Part shown: piece by piece, positions 25,507 to 39,286 of the stretch | Layout: each line of letters begins with the position of its first letter | Position numbering within the stretch: position 1 is the first letter of the stretch | Source: Octopus bimaculoides | Lineage: Eukaryota | Assembly (NCBI RefSeq): GCF_001194135.2 | Contig: NC_069005.1 | Span: 19,657,321 to 19,721,107, forward strand | Reading direction: 5' to 3' | Length of the DNA: 63,787 nt | Position numbers and translations under genes: made by a program | Notes under the pieces: model-generated | What the model saw: the letters and a program-made list of their open reading frames with translations, nothing else | Databases searched by the model: none | Told to the model about the DNA's origin: nothing

Positions 25507-27239
25507 CATACATTTGTACATACATATATGGGTGCACGTGTGCATTGTGATTGTTCCCTCTTCACTGATGTTTACTGTTTCCTTGAGCTTCCACATTGTC
25601 AATAGCATTTCTGACTTTCTGCCCATGACCTCTCAGATGGCTATTCATACAATCCTGTGGCAGATTTGCATGGTTTGAAGCATAACTGATGAAAGTTGTA
25701 ACTCACTGTGTGCTTCCAACTGTGAGGTCTGCACATGTTGCCACTTTTCCATTGCCATAGGACTTTCAGTAAGTGGAATGATGTATAAGGTCACCATAAA
25801 GAGACATCTGTATGTCAATGGACTATAGTGATAAACTCTTGTACAATATGAGTACCACTATCCAAGTTTCCATGATTAGTACCTTGTGACAGGCCGAAGC
25901 GAGATGACACACGCAATCATACATAGAGATTTCCTAGTATGCATCATCACACCCATGTCCAAATCTATGCTGATATATCTACACCTATAATGTAAAGCTT
26001 TCATTAAAAGTGTTTCAATCATAGATAGGTAAAATTCAACAATTTACAATAATGTTTGTCATGTAAACCATTGAACTATTACAGAAGAACTAGTTTTTGT
26101 TTGTTTGCTTTTCTCCACAGAGAGTTACAGTTCATAGACTGCTTAATTCTATTATTATTTGCATCAAGTATGACTTGGCTTATTGTCCCTGATTGAGTTG
26201 TGGTTGTATTAATATTACATTTAAAGTCAGTTGAGAAATCTTTTAATTAACCATTTTGTTACCCTATTTCTGTTAAAATATATATTCCCTTTGTTTAAGT
26301 TAATTTTGAAAATTAATGTAGAATTGAGTAAGATAACTTTATTATTAATCTAGTGTTTGAAGCATAAATTAACATGGAATTTTGATAGATTTTAATTTAG
26401 ATCATTTTAACCTTTTTGTTACCGTATTAATACACTACCATGTTTCAGTTAATTATGAAAATAATGAAGAATTTAGCAAAATGACTTTGCCATTATTAAT
26501 TTGGTGTTTGGAACTTAAATAAACGAAAAATTTTGATAGGTGTTAATTTAGATCACTTAAAACAGGAAATTGGAATTTTAGAACCAATGTTGGTTTTAGA
26601 CTGGGTTGGTAGCAAAAAAATTGAAGTAATTTGGCAGAGAAGTCTTTTGCTAAACATTTAATATATACTATTTTAAATAAAAGTGTAAATATTAGGATTG
26701 GCAGGGCTTCCAAAAGAAATTTGGTAAAGTAGGATAACATTGCCTTCAGGCCCTGGGAAGTATAGTCCTAAAATTCAAAGGCTCTGTGAGTTTTCTCTTT
26801 ATGAAGCAATCCAGTAAATAGTTATAGGCCCCGCCTTGGTTACGCAGGTCCCAGGGCGTGGGCTGGTGTATCCACATAACCTGCTCTCTTACAGGTTTTG
26901 TCTGTTTATACAAATTACTTCTCAACCTCATACATGCTTTTTACTTTATTCAAACGGACCTTCCACTTAGCAGAGTCATAGAAATGCTTTAAATCTTTAA
27001 TTAAATGGTCTTGCAAAATATTAAAATAATTTCCAAGCTTTACTCTCTTTATTATACTCAGGAAATCCAATTCAAAGATCTCTAATGCTTTAACTCTTTG
27101 TGATATCAACCCACCTGAAACTGCTGAAATTCTTTGTTTTAATGTTATCTAAATTAAAACTTTCCATCAAAATTTCGTGTTAATTTATGCTGCAAGCATC
27201 AGCTTAATAATGACAAAGTTATTTTAGTAAATTCTTCAT

Positions 27240-28090
<851 letters not shown>

Positions 28091-29129
28091 TAATTTTCAA
28101 ATTAACAGAAACAAAAGCAGTGAGTTGCAATAGAAATATGGTTAGAAATGGGTTAATTTGCAGCAGGCATTTTCTTGATTTCAGTCTGAATTTGATATCA
28201 GTAAATTCTTCATGAAACCTTTCTCAAAGAAGCATGTTTTCCAATACATACATTCAACAAGACAATCCTCTGCTTTCTTGATAGTTTCTTTGCTATAAAC
28301 ATTCCTTGGCAGAATTTAGATATTTTTCGTTGAGTATAAGACAGCATGTTGTTTGTTCCATATTGGATTGCTGTTTGTTCCAAACTGGATTGCAAAAATC
28401 AGATCTATCCACTCAAAACTTTGTTACCCTTAACTGCAGAAAACAATTTTATGTACCAATCTATCTTTTGTTGAGAAATACCAAGTTTGAAACTATTTTC
28501 TGTTGAGATTATGTCAAGTTTATTGAGGCAATGTAACTTGCAGAGAATATCAATTCTGGTTTTTGGTAGATATTTAACATCATTACTGAGATAATGAAAT
28601 TTAATTTTGCAGTGAAAGAGTTTAAGGAGTGTTGACCAAGTGTCATAGAAGTGACAGGAGAAATGGAACTCAATACATAAGGATTTTATATTTTTTAAAA
28701 TGTTACATAAATGACTTAAGAGCTAATAGTTTCACAAATTGCATTCAAAATCTAAATTGTACATTGTAAACCTATCCTTTTATACAAGGAAGAATTATAG
28801 TTTCTTCCGGATAGAAGTTTTGATATAAAATATTATTGGAGCATCATGTGATAAAAAATATTTTTCAAAAGCTGTCAGTTAAATAAAGGGGAAGGGTAAA
28901 GAAACAGAATAAGGGCATAATAGAAAAATACAACACAAACACATACACACACACACACACATATGCACATATACATGCATATTGTTGTGTATGAACGTAT
29001 GTACAGTTAAGGTGTCTTTATTTGTATTAGCTAGACAGAGGATAGAGTGAAGGGCCTATAACCTCATCATTGTAAGGGATTTATGAGAAGGCTGGATTGC
29101 TGTCAAAGGACTGTAAGCATGCAGGGGTA

Positions 29130-29280
29130 CTGCCTTGAAGCATTTAGTGGAACAAATTGTCCCCAGTATTTATTATTAACTCTGGTACTTATTCTATCAG
29201 CCTCTTTTGCCAAACCATTAATGGGAACATAAACAAACCAACACCATTTGTCAGTAAGTGGTGGGGAACAAACACACACA

Positions 29281-29320
<40 letters not shown>

Positions 29321-30210
29321 NNNNNNNNNNNNNNNNNNNNNNNNNNNNNNNNNNNNNNNNNNNNNNNNNNNNNNNNNNNNNNNNNNNNNNNNNNNNNNNN
29401 NNNNNNNNNNNNNNNNNNNNNNNNNNNNNNNNNNNNNNNNNNNNNNNNNNNNNNNNNNNNNNNNNNNNNNNNNNNNNNNNNNNNNNNNNNNNNNNNNNNN
29501 NNNNNNNNNNNNNNNNNNNNNNNNNNNNNNNNNNNNNNNNNNNNNNNNNNNNNNNNNNNNNNNNNNNNNNNNNNNNNNNNNNNNNNNNNNNNNNNNNNNN
29601 NNNNNNNNNNNNNNNNNNNNNNNNNNNNNNNNNNNNNNNNNNNNNNNNNNNNNNNNNNNNNNNNNNNNNNNNNNNNNNNNNNNNNNNNNNNNNNNNNNNN
29701 NNNNNNNNNNNNNNNNNNNNNNNNNNNNNNNNNNNNNNNNNNNNNNNNNNNNNNNNNNNNNNNNNNNNNNNNNNNNNNNNNNNNNNNNNNNNNNNNNNNN
29801 NNNNNNNNNNNNNNNNNNNNNNNNNNNNNNNNNNNNNNNNNNNNNNNNNNNNNNNNNNNNNNNNNNNNNNNNNNNNNNNNNNNNNNNNNNNNNNNNNNNN
29901 NNNNNNNNNNNNNNNNNNNNNNNNNNNNNNNNNNNNNNNNNNNNNNNNNNNNNNNNNNNNNNNNNNNNNNNNNNNNNNNNNNNNNNNNNNNNNNNNNNNN
30001 NNNNNNNNNNNNNNNNNNNNNNNNNNNNNNNNNNNNATATATGCACATACACACACATGGTGGGCTCCTACACAGTTTCTGTGTATGAAATCCACTTAGA
30101 AAGCATTGTTCAGCCCGGGGATATAATAGAAGGTACTTACCTAAAATGACATGCAGGGGACTGAACCTGAAACCATTTGGTTGTAAAGTGAGTTTCTTAA
30201 CCACAGAAGT
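29130..30210 (-). mobile_element. SINE A spanning an N gap in its internal microsatellite
   Basis: 3' half at 29130-29320, 5' half at 30040-30210. Confidence 0.7.
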
Positions 30211-30454
30211 ATGTTTTTACAGAACTACAACCTGTTGCCCACATCTAGAGAATTAGGGCAGTTGCCCTTTCTCCCACCGAGTGGTTAAGGATTTGGAGCA
30301 TCAGCCTGTGTCATATCTGTTGGCTGCTGATACACTACTAATTAGACTTAGGTCCTCACATGTTGTTAAATGCCTAAAGTAGCAAGCTTCCTCCAGCATG
30401 GCCGGTCCGCTGTATTTTTCTCCACTCTTGTCCAATGGGTCATCATGTATTTAA

Positions 30455-30835
30455 CCCTTTAACATTTAAACTAGTCACATCAGGCCCAAATATTCTACCT
30501 GTTTTATATTCAAACTGACCAGATCCAGCCTCTCATACCTACCCTAGAATATTATTCTAAATAATTAACAATTACATCATTGAAATCTTGAAGCTATGAG
30601 ATAATGCATGATTAATTCAAAATAATGGTTTCAAATTTTGGCACAAGGCCAGCAAAGTCGATTATATTGATCCCAGTAATCAATTAGTACTTATTTTATC
30701 AACACGAAAAGGATTAAAGGCAAAGTTGACCCCTCAGCAGTATTTGAACTTGGAACATAAAGATGGGTGAAATGTTGCTTGGCATTTTGCCCAGTGTGCT
30801 AATGAGTACCCTGCATGCTAACGATTGCTAAAGGG
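30455..30835. mobile_element. piggyBac-like MITE with TTAA TSD, interrupted by SINE B (about 30620-30810)
   Basis: TTAA|CCCTTTAACATT ... ATTGCTAAAGGG|TTAA (30451-30454, 30836-30839). Confidence 0.75.
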
Positions 30836-30859
30836 TTAAGGCATTTGTGAAATGTCTGT

Positions 30860-31070
30860 GCCAGCTGTTCTTAGGTTAGCACTTTTCTCCCACCTTTGCA
30901 ATCTTTGCATGCTCCTTATTTCTTTCTGTGTTCCTTTCAGTTGAAGAGCGTAGCTCGAATCATCAAAGACTTTCTCTATTCCCTAGCGTTAAACTAATAC
31001 ATCCATTTGTTGTTTACAGCACCTGTCTTCGTCTGTTGTTTTTTTCGTAAATTCTCCTATATATATATAT
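30860..31070 (+). mobile_element. Penelope pLTR-like repeat with degenerate minimal hammerhead (30934-30968)
   Basis: CTTT-CAGTTGA-A-GAGC-GTA-GCTC-GAAT-C-ATC-AAAG; homologous to 54385-54580(-). Confidence 0.55.
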
Positions 31071-31300
31071 ATAGGTAATTTTTTGCATTTTCGTGCAGCT
31101 GAAGATTGCTCTTCATATTGCATTTAATGTAATGCTTGCATTACTTAAATAAATTGGAGTAGCATGAAACGTGCGTACTGCAATCACCTTTGAAATCCGT
31201 GTTGCTTATTTTTTGATTTTGATCACCTATCCTTTTGGGATACGATATTCAGGTGCCTACGCATAAGTACCATATTCAACCTTGAATCTATATCTAAACC

Positions 31301-31371
<71 letters not shown>

Positions 31372-31384
31372 CTTTTAATTTTTT

Positions 31385-31930
31385 ATTTGTTTCTGTCATT
31401 TGACTGCGGCCATGCTGGAGCACTGCCTTTAGTTGAACAAACTCACCCCACCACCTATTCTTTGTAAGAATAGTACTTATTCTATCAATCTCTTTTACTG
31501 AACCACTAAGTTATGGGGATGTAAACACACCAACATCAGTTGTCAAGTGATGGTGGGGGAACAAACACACACACATGTATACGACGGTCTTCTTTCAGTT
31601 TCCGTCTACCAAATCCATTGGCAAGGCGTTGGTCGGCCTGAGGCTATAGTAGATGATACTTGCCCTCGATGCCATGCAGTGGGACTGTATGTATATATAT
31701 TTATGTGTGTCTTCGTGTCTGTGTTTGTCCCCCACACCATCACTTGACAACCGATGTTGGTGTGTTTACGTCCCCGTAACTTATCGGTTCGGCATAAGTT
31801 AGCGATAGAATAAGTATTAGGCTTACAACCAATGAGTCCAGGGTCGATTTCTTCCACTCAAACCATTTCAGGCAGTGCCCCAGCGTGGCCGCACTCAAAT
31901 GACAGAAACATGTAAAAGAATAAGAGAATT
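31385..31930. mobile_element. inverted SINE A pair: minus copy 31385-31690 followed by plus 3' half 31700-31930
   Basis: The two 3' halves are reverse complements separated by about 150 nt. Confidence 0.8.
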
Positions 31931-32029
31931 AGAAAATAAGAGAACAAGTCTGTGTATGCAAGCATTTTGGTACTACTAAAGCAACGCGGACCCGAACGCG
32001 CAGGCGCTAGCTAGTCTTGAGTGGTCGAT

Positions 32030-32194
32030 CCTAACCCTAACCCTGTCCCTATCCCTAACCCTGTCCCTAACCCTAACCCTGTCCCTAACCATGTCCCTAT
32101 CCCTAACCCTAACCCTGTCCCTAACCCTAACCCTAACCCTGTCCCTATCCCTAACCCTAACCCTGTCCCTATCCCTAACCCTAACCCTGTCCCT
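32030..32194. repeat. interstitial telomere-like array of CCCTAA / CCCTGT / CCCTAT hexamers
   Basis: About 27 in-register hexamers, continuing into the 888-N gap (32195-33082). Confidence 0.95.
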
Positions 32195-33374
32195 NNNNNN
32201 NNNNNNNNNNNNNNNNNNNNNNNNNNNNNNNNNNNNNNNNNNNNNNNNNNNNNNNNNNNNNNNNNNNNNNNNNNNNNNNNNNNNNNNNNNNNNNNNNNNN
32301 NNNNNNNNNNNNNNNNNNNNNNNNNNNNNNNNNNNNNNNNNNNNNNNNNNNNNNNNNNNNNNNNNNNNNNNNNNNNNNNNNNNNNNNNNNNNNNNNNNNN
32401 NNNNNNNNNNNNNNNNNNNNNNNNNNNNNNNNNNNNNNNNNNNNNNNNNNNNNNNNNNNNNNNNNNNNNNNNNNNNNNNNNNNNNNNNNNNNNNNNNNNN
32501 NNNNNNNNNNNNNNNNNNNNNNNNNNNNNNNNNNNNNNNNNNNNNNNNNNNNNNNNNNNNNNNNNNNNNNNNNNNNNNNNNNNNNNNNNNNNNNNNNNNN
32601 NNNNNNNNNNNNNNNNNNNNNNNNNNNNNNNNNNNNNNNNNNNNNNNNNNNNNNNNNNNNNNNNNNNNNNNNNNNNNNNNNNNNNNNNNNNNNNNNNNNN
32701 NNNNNNNNNNNNNNNNNNNNNNNNNNNNNNNNNNNNNNNNNNNNNNNNNNNNNNNNNNNNNNNNNNNNNNNNNNNNNNNNNNNNNNNNNNNNNNNNNNNN
32801 NNNNNNNNNNNNNNNNNNNNNNNNNNNNNNNNNNNNNNNNNNNNNNNNNNNNNNNNNNNNNNNNNNNNNNNNNNNNNNNNNNNNNNNNNNNNNNNNNNNN
32901 NNNNNNNNNNNNNNNNNNNNNNNNNNNNNNNNNNNNNNNNNNNNNNNNNNNNNNNNNNNNNNNNNNNNNNNNNNNNNNNNNNNNNNNNNNNNNNNNNNNN
33001 NNNNNNNNNNNNNNNNNNNNNNNNNNNNNNNNNNNNNNNNNNNNNNNNNNNNNNNNNNNNNNNNNNNNNNNNNNNNNNNNNNATCTGTTGATAAGACTAC
33101 AAAACCAGCAGGCATTTTTCTCCACACACGCGTGCGCACTCACATACGTACACATACACACACACTTATACGTATTACACACAAACACGCGGATATTGCC
33201 TCAAGAACGGGCCGGGGCACCTAACACTGCGAGCTCGATAGATAGATAGAAAGGTCGAGCAACAAACTAGCACCGAATACCGCCACCCCAGCAAATCTCT
33301 CCCCCACTTCTCACCTCCGTCGACATCCACCACTCTTTGACTCTCCAAGCAAGACGGGAGGGGATCTCTAAACT

Positions 33375-33408
<34 letters not shown>

Positions 33409-33789
33409 TAAAAATATTATATTATATATACATATATATTATGTACACACGCGAATAAATACGCGTTTATGCTTATTATAATATATCAATATCTTTCTCC
33501 GGGATCTCAAATTTTTTGATTGGTAATCAAAATATTATAACCAAAACTCTCTTGTTGGATAATTGGATACTTAAAAATATATATACATATATAAATACTA
33601 CTACAGACAGTCTATTTATGATTCGGTAAGTAAAAACAACAAACATAAAAATTTCCTCTTTTTTTCTGTTTTCAAAACTATTCGAAGTTTACGAAGCTTC
33701 GAAGAAAAGGAGAAAAAAATACTCAAGAAAACTTGCTTTTTTGCTTAGATTCCGAAGAATTTTCAGATCTGTGTGTGTGTGTGTGTGCA

Positions 33790-34110
33790 TTCTTCTACTC
33801 TTACTTGTTTCAGTCATTTGACTGTGGCCATGCTGGAGCACCGCCTTTAGTCGAATAACCCTAGGACTTATTCTTTGTTAGCTTAGTACTTATTCTATCG
33901 GATCCTTTTGCCGAACCGCTAATTTACGGGGACGTAAACACACCAACATTGGTGGTCAAGCGATGGTGGGGGGACAGACAGACACACACATATACGACGG
34001 GCTTCTTCCAGTTTCCGTCTACTGAATCCCCTCAAGGCTTTGGTCAGCCCGAGACTATAGTGGAGGACACTTGCCCAAGGAGCCATGCAGTGGGACTGAA
34101 CCTAGAACCA
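33790..34110 (-). mobile_element. SINE family A
   Basis: Collinear with the reverse complement of 1409-1813; CpGs largely retained. Confidence 0.8.
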
Positions 34111-34715
34111 ATATATATAATGTTATTTTATTGGTTTCATTTATTAAAATGCGGCACTGATGGGGTGGCACCGGCTTTAAGGTCTTTTGTCGATTCTATT
34201 GACCCAGTCCTTTAATTTGTCATATTTTATCGGATTCCACGTCTCGAAGGCTAAGTCTGAAGACTAGATATTTTTCTTCGATGCACGGACTTACATACAT
34301 ACATGTGTGTGTGTAATACTATGTGTGGGGAAAATTATGGAGTGTTCGTTTTATTGAAGATGCAAATAATTCCACTAACTGACCAGTTTAATCCCGACTA
34401 GGATTCTTTGGAAAGTTGAAGATAAATGTTTTTAAATACTTAAATGAAGCGAACTTTATCCCAGCGACTGTCTAAAATATTTATAATTTCCTGACAGTTA
34501 CGTCAAAGTTTCACTTAGGCTGGTTTAGTCAAACTGTCATATCTATCTATCTGTCTGTCTGACTTATGTGTGTCTTTATGTGATTTATTTGTTTGTATGT
34601 ATGTATGTATGTGCGTGCTTTGTGTCTGCGGTTTGTGTGTGTGCATAGCCATGTATATTATTTCTTTCTTGGACCCATAAATGAATGCATTTTCGTCTTT
34701 GGAAGGAAACTGTTG

Positions 34716-34758
<43 letters not shown>

Positions 34759-35386
34759 GCGAGTGTATGTGTATGTATGGTCAAGATGAATATGTGGTAT
34801 TTGAAATATTTCATTAAAATTTAATTAACAACGCTAACATACTTTAATATTTGTACCTGAAGTTCTCGAGGATGGAGGTTTACAATCACTTAATTGTTTA
34901 ATTACAAATACTTTAATCTCATATATAAACATTTCCTTGTCTTGTTTTTTTTTTCTTACGCTACACCTTCGCTTCTTCTTGTTGCTGTTGCAAACAGTTC
35001 AAGGAAGAAATTTCGGCAGATTTAAATAAAATATGAATAGAGGAAGCACTTTTTTTTTTTAACACTTTCACTGACAATAATTCTTCAGTATCTATTTACA
35101 CATGTATGTTGCGTGTAGGATAATAGGTAGGCAGTTAGAATGGAGAAGGTTTGTTAGATAGATAGGTAGGTAACTTTATTTTAGAGACTTAACAAACGAA
35201 CAAAACAAAAAGTAAAATGGGCGTGGGAAAGAGTATGTATAAAATATATTTTAGACTCCACACATTATATAAGTATATAGACTTATAGTAAATATATATA
35301 TATTGAATTCTGTTTATCCTGTTCATTTTACCAAATCTATCTATCTGTCTGTCTGCATATGGAAAGTATTAATATTTGTGCGTGTG

Positions 35387-35427
<41 letters not shown>

Positions 35428-35722
35428 GTGTGCATGTATATAAGTATATGTATGTATACATGTGTACATTATATAAGTATATACACATATGTGTGTATCA
35501 GTGTGTGTGTGTGTGTATATGTATAAAGAGGGGGAGAGGGAGATACACGCTGTATGTTCGTGTAAGGGTATTAAGTTACAATATTTCAACTTGTATCTTT
35601 AACAATGCATGCATATATATGGGCATATAGATGCATGTCACTCCTTAATACCTAAAACATGCTAATATCTACCTATAGTTTCTAAACTCTCTTACTTCAG
35701 ATCCCTCCCTCTGTCTGTCTTT

Positions 35723-35759
<37 letters not shown>

Positions 35760-36920
35760 TTGGTTCTACAAGCGTTAAAAGAAATTATTCACGTACACAT
35801 ACATAGGATCCATACATATATCTGAATTCATAAGTGAAAGTTAAAACATTTCACTCGGTCGTTTTGTTTGGTTTTTTTTTTTGATACCCTGAGAATAGTC
35901 CTTGGAAAAGTGAACTCAGAGTAGCAACCAAACTAAGTTTTATCTTCACACACACACACACAAAGAATAGAAGAGTATCTCTTTTTCGTCGCGGCATTCA
36001 AACGGAAATGACATGCTAACCTGAGCAATCACAATAGATGTCAAAGATGTGTGTATATGTGTGTACATCTCTCTCCCCTTCTCTTTCTGTCTATCTATCT
36101 ATCTAATCTATCTATGTGTGTGTAGCTATGGCCAAGCATATACATGCCAAAATTTAAAAGGAAATGGAGCCAGTTCTGATTACAGCATCAGGAAATTAAC
36201 TTTTAGTTATGAAATCTTGTCTCAAAACACTTCACTGCTCTTTCTCTCAGGTACACCTCACTACAGCAGCGTATGTATGTATGCATGCATGTATGTATGT
36301 ATGTATTTGTGTGTGCACGCACGTAAGCACACATATATTCATTATTTACATGAAGGTTACATGTACGGATTGCCTGTGGCTTACAAGTTTCCTACACTGG
36401 GATCCCTGGATACAATAACCGTATATACGCATATATCGCTTGGAACAAAAAAACAAAACAAAAACCCATCAAATTAATTAAGGCATTTCTCGTTCAAAAT
36501 TTCATCCACAATCGTATAATAATAATATAGAATAACAAAGGTATAATGTAGTTTAACTGCGATAATTAAGAGAACTATGTCAACGAACGAATGTATATAT
36601 CCGGATGGTTAGTAGGTAGACTGTAATAACTAGTATTTACATATCTTGATTATTGGGTGGAAGGTCTATTGTTTTTTAATTAAAAATCTTCTGATACTAA
36701 TTATAGATAATGGAGATTGCTGTTCCGATTCATTCAGCGGAATGGTTAATATTCATTAGTTTGTAGTTTTTTTTTTAAATTTGAAATAATTAAATTATAG
36801 TCATATGCACGATATCACGATTCCTATACACCACGATCGTCGGCGTGTGTGTAGGAATGTGTTTTTGAAATTAAGCTGGCTTCTAGCCTGACTATATCTT
36901 CTGTATATATCTGTGTGTGC

Positions 36921-36963
<43 letters not shown>

Positions 36964-37869
36964 TACATACACACATACATACATGTATATACGTATGTGC
37001 ATCTGTGTTTGTGTGTTCCCTGTGTATATGTACACACACACACAGGTGCAAAACAAGTGGGGGGGGGGATAGTACTCGAACAGCAAGGGAAGAGTAAAAT
37101 ACTATTTTATCGAAGCTGAAAAGAAAAAAAAAAAATCACTAACAAATTGCGAAGTTCATTTCATTAAAATTTTATATATGCATGCATGTGTGTGTGTGTG
37201 TGTAGATATGTTTATATTTGTGTGTGCAAATAAAATTTTATCTATGTATGCATATATAATTATTTTTAATCGGCAGAATTTGTGACTCAAGGGTGAAGAG
37301 TTTCGTGCACAGTACCTAACAAGCACTGCACGCGCGCTGTCAAGACAGCTGAGGCAGATAACCCCAAGGAATAGAGTTCTGCATACTAAATGTACACACT
37401 GTAAAGTCTGTATGAAGTACAGTGAGTTTACTATTGCAATTAGTCGACAGAATCTGTTCTTCGGGTTGTTTAAAATAAAAATTGAAAAATAAATAAACAA
37501 AAGAAATAGGGGGAGATAACTGCAGCAAGATCAGTTGGGTGAAATGTGGGGAAAATATCGACAATGTCAATTGGAGAGGGTCTGGTTGTTGAAACCAAAT
37601 TCTGACAAGGGACATGTTTCTTTTTTGATGAGACATTCTCAGCGAAGCATATTTTACCCATTTGGCCTGACAAAGAGTGAAATATTTATGAAAGGTAATT
37701 CTGATGATTGTGAATATTAGTATAGCTTCACTATATTACATCTCTCTCACTCTCATATATAATATGAAGAAGAGAGTGTTTAAGATTTGAAAGTCCTCTT
37801 TGCATTTTCTCTTGTCCAATCTACTGGCTAAAATACTTGGGTACTTGGATAAGTACTTCTCAAACCTGC

Positions 37870-38105
37870 CACCGTTCTAGCTGAGTCCCGAAAGACCTGC
37901 ATTTTTTTTCCTGCTGAAAGGAAGCTGGATTTGAACCAAGAATTCACCGAACCGAAACAAATAGCACAAGACATCACGATCGATGGTGTAATAGTCTGGC
38001 AGTGCACTGCCCCGGACTTGCGTCATTACTTTACAATTCCGATTTGGAGGTAGAACGTAGAGCCGGCACAAATACCACAAGGCATTCTACTGGACGCTCT
38101 AACGA
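37870..38105 (-). mobile_element. SINE family B, diverged; another partial copy at 38870-39050
   Basis: GGTACTT...GAAAGG..ATTTGAAC...AAGGCATT...ACGCTCTAACGA. Confidence 0.6.
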
Positions 38106-39122
38106 CTTACACACACACACACGTCTAGTGTTAACTGTCGAACGGTGTATCTCGAAGTAAATGAAGCTAAATAATAACTCGTAAATATTGGGTGGAAAAG
38201 TCGAACGCTATCCGTCGGTTACAAATCTACATGTGTAAACATGATAGGCGTCCTGCCATTGTGTGTGTGTGTGTGTGTGTACACACACGCACACACATAC
38301 GGGTTGTCAAAAAATGCCGGATGCTTTTATCTAGTGCGTGTGTGAGAATGATAGAAAACGAGTGAGCTCGTTAAAGAAAAGTCAAGACCCAATGTTGGCA
38401 TGAGTTGATGCTTATATTCGCTTTATTTATTTATTATGTTTTTTTGCTTTCTTCGCTTCCTTTCACTAAGACTAACCCAGATAATAACTTACTACCCTCC
38501 TTGTCGATCCCCATTCACAGTGTTGTGTTGCCTTACCCCCTCCCCGTTCTTTTTTCTTCCCTTCTCCATCCTCATTTTCCTTCTGCTTCTTCTCATTATC
38601 ACCGAAACGTTAAGGCCAAAAGATAACACACACACACAAGCACTCATTCCTATGCGCGCGCGCACACACATTTATTCCCCCACCCTCGACACAATATTCT
38701 CTAATTTGCTTTATGTTCCTTAAGTTTGTTCAGAAAGCTTTTATCCGTTCGTATTTATGAATATCTATTTACCTTGTGTGCGTGTGTGAAAAGATATCTC
38801 ATCTGAAGGAGTACTTAAAAAATTTTTTTTATCCCACCAATAACGTAAAAGCCCACACACAATTTATCTTCAGATATTTAGGGCCTTGTTTTAACTACCA
38901 TATTTTGAGGATAAGTGCTTAGGACCTCCAGTATTTTGGTACTTTATCTTGTCGTTTCCGGAAGGATGAAAAGTCGAAGTTGACCCACTCCTCTCCCATA
39001 AACAGTTGAACTCTGAACCTAAAGGGACGTAACTAAATACCGCAATATTTGACAAGGGAATCCATGGTTTGAAGTGGGTCCTTATTTGGTGGTATTGGCT
39101 TTACTTTGCTTTCTCTTCGGAC

Positions 39123-39286
39123 ATGAAAGTTTGGGAAAAAAGAGCATCAGCTCCTGATGTGGTATCGTTGATGTTGGCGGTAATAATAATAGTAGTAGTA
39201 GTAGTAGTTAGCATTGCTTTTTCTCCTCTCTTCGGACAACAGCTTCGGGGTGGTGGTGGTGGTGGAAGAGCCGAGAGATCGCCGAG
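39123..39286 (+). CDS. candidate first coding exon of an unidentified gene (hydrophobic N-terminus)
   Basis: Open frame MKVWEKRASAPDVVSLMLAVIIIVVVVVVSIAFSPLFGQQLRGGGGGGRAERSP ending at the donor-like CCGAG|GTACGT, at the edge of a CpG-rich domain. No homology recognised. Confidence 0.25.

Noticed and set aside
28210-28450. WIDLIF motif suggesting a BEACH domain
   Set aside because: Only six residues match, the following GYKQ.G is absent and the frame is closed by stops.
32021-32194. PNPVP-repeat ORF resembling circumsporozoite or extensin repeats
   Set aside because: It is simply the translation of the CCCTAA/CCCTGT hexamer array.
32030-32194. True chromosome end
   Set aside because: The C-rich strand has unique DNA on its 5' side and sequence continues after the gap; the polarity is wrong for a native telomere of this contig.
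37520-37695. 169-nt open frame between CTGCAG and AAG|GTAATT
   Set aside because: The acceptor lacks a pyrimidine tract and the peptide has no recognisable similarity.
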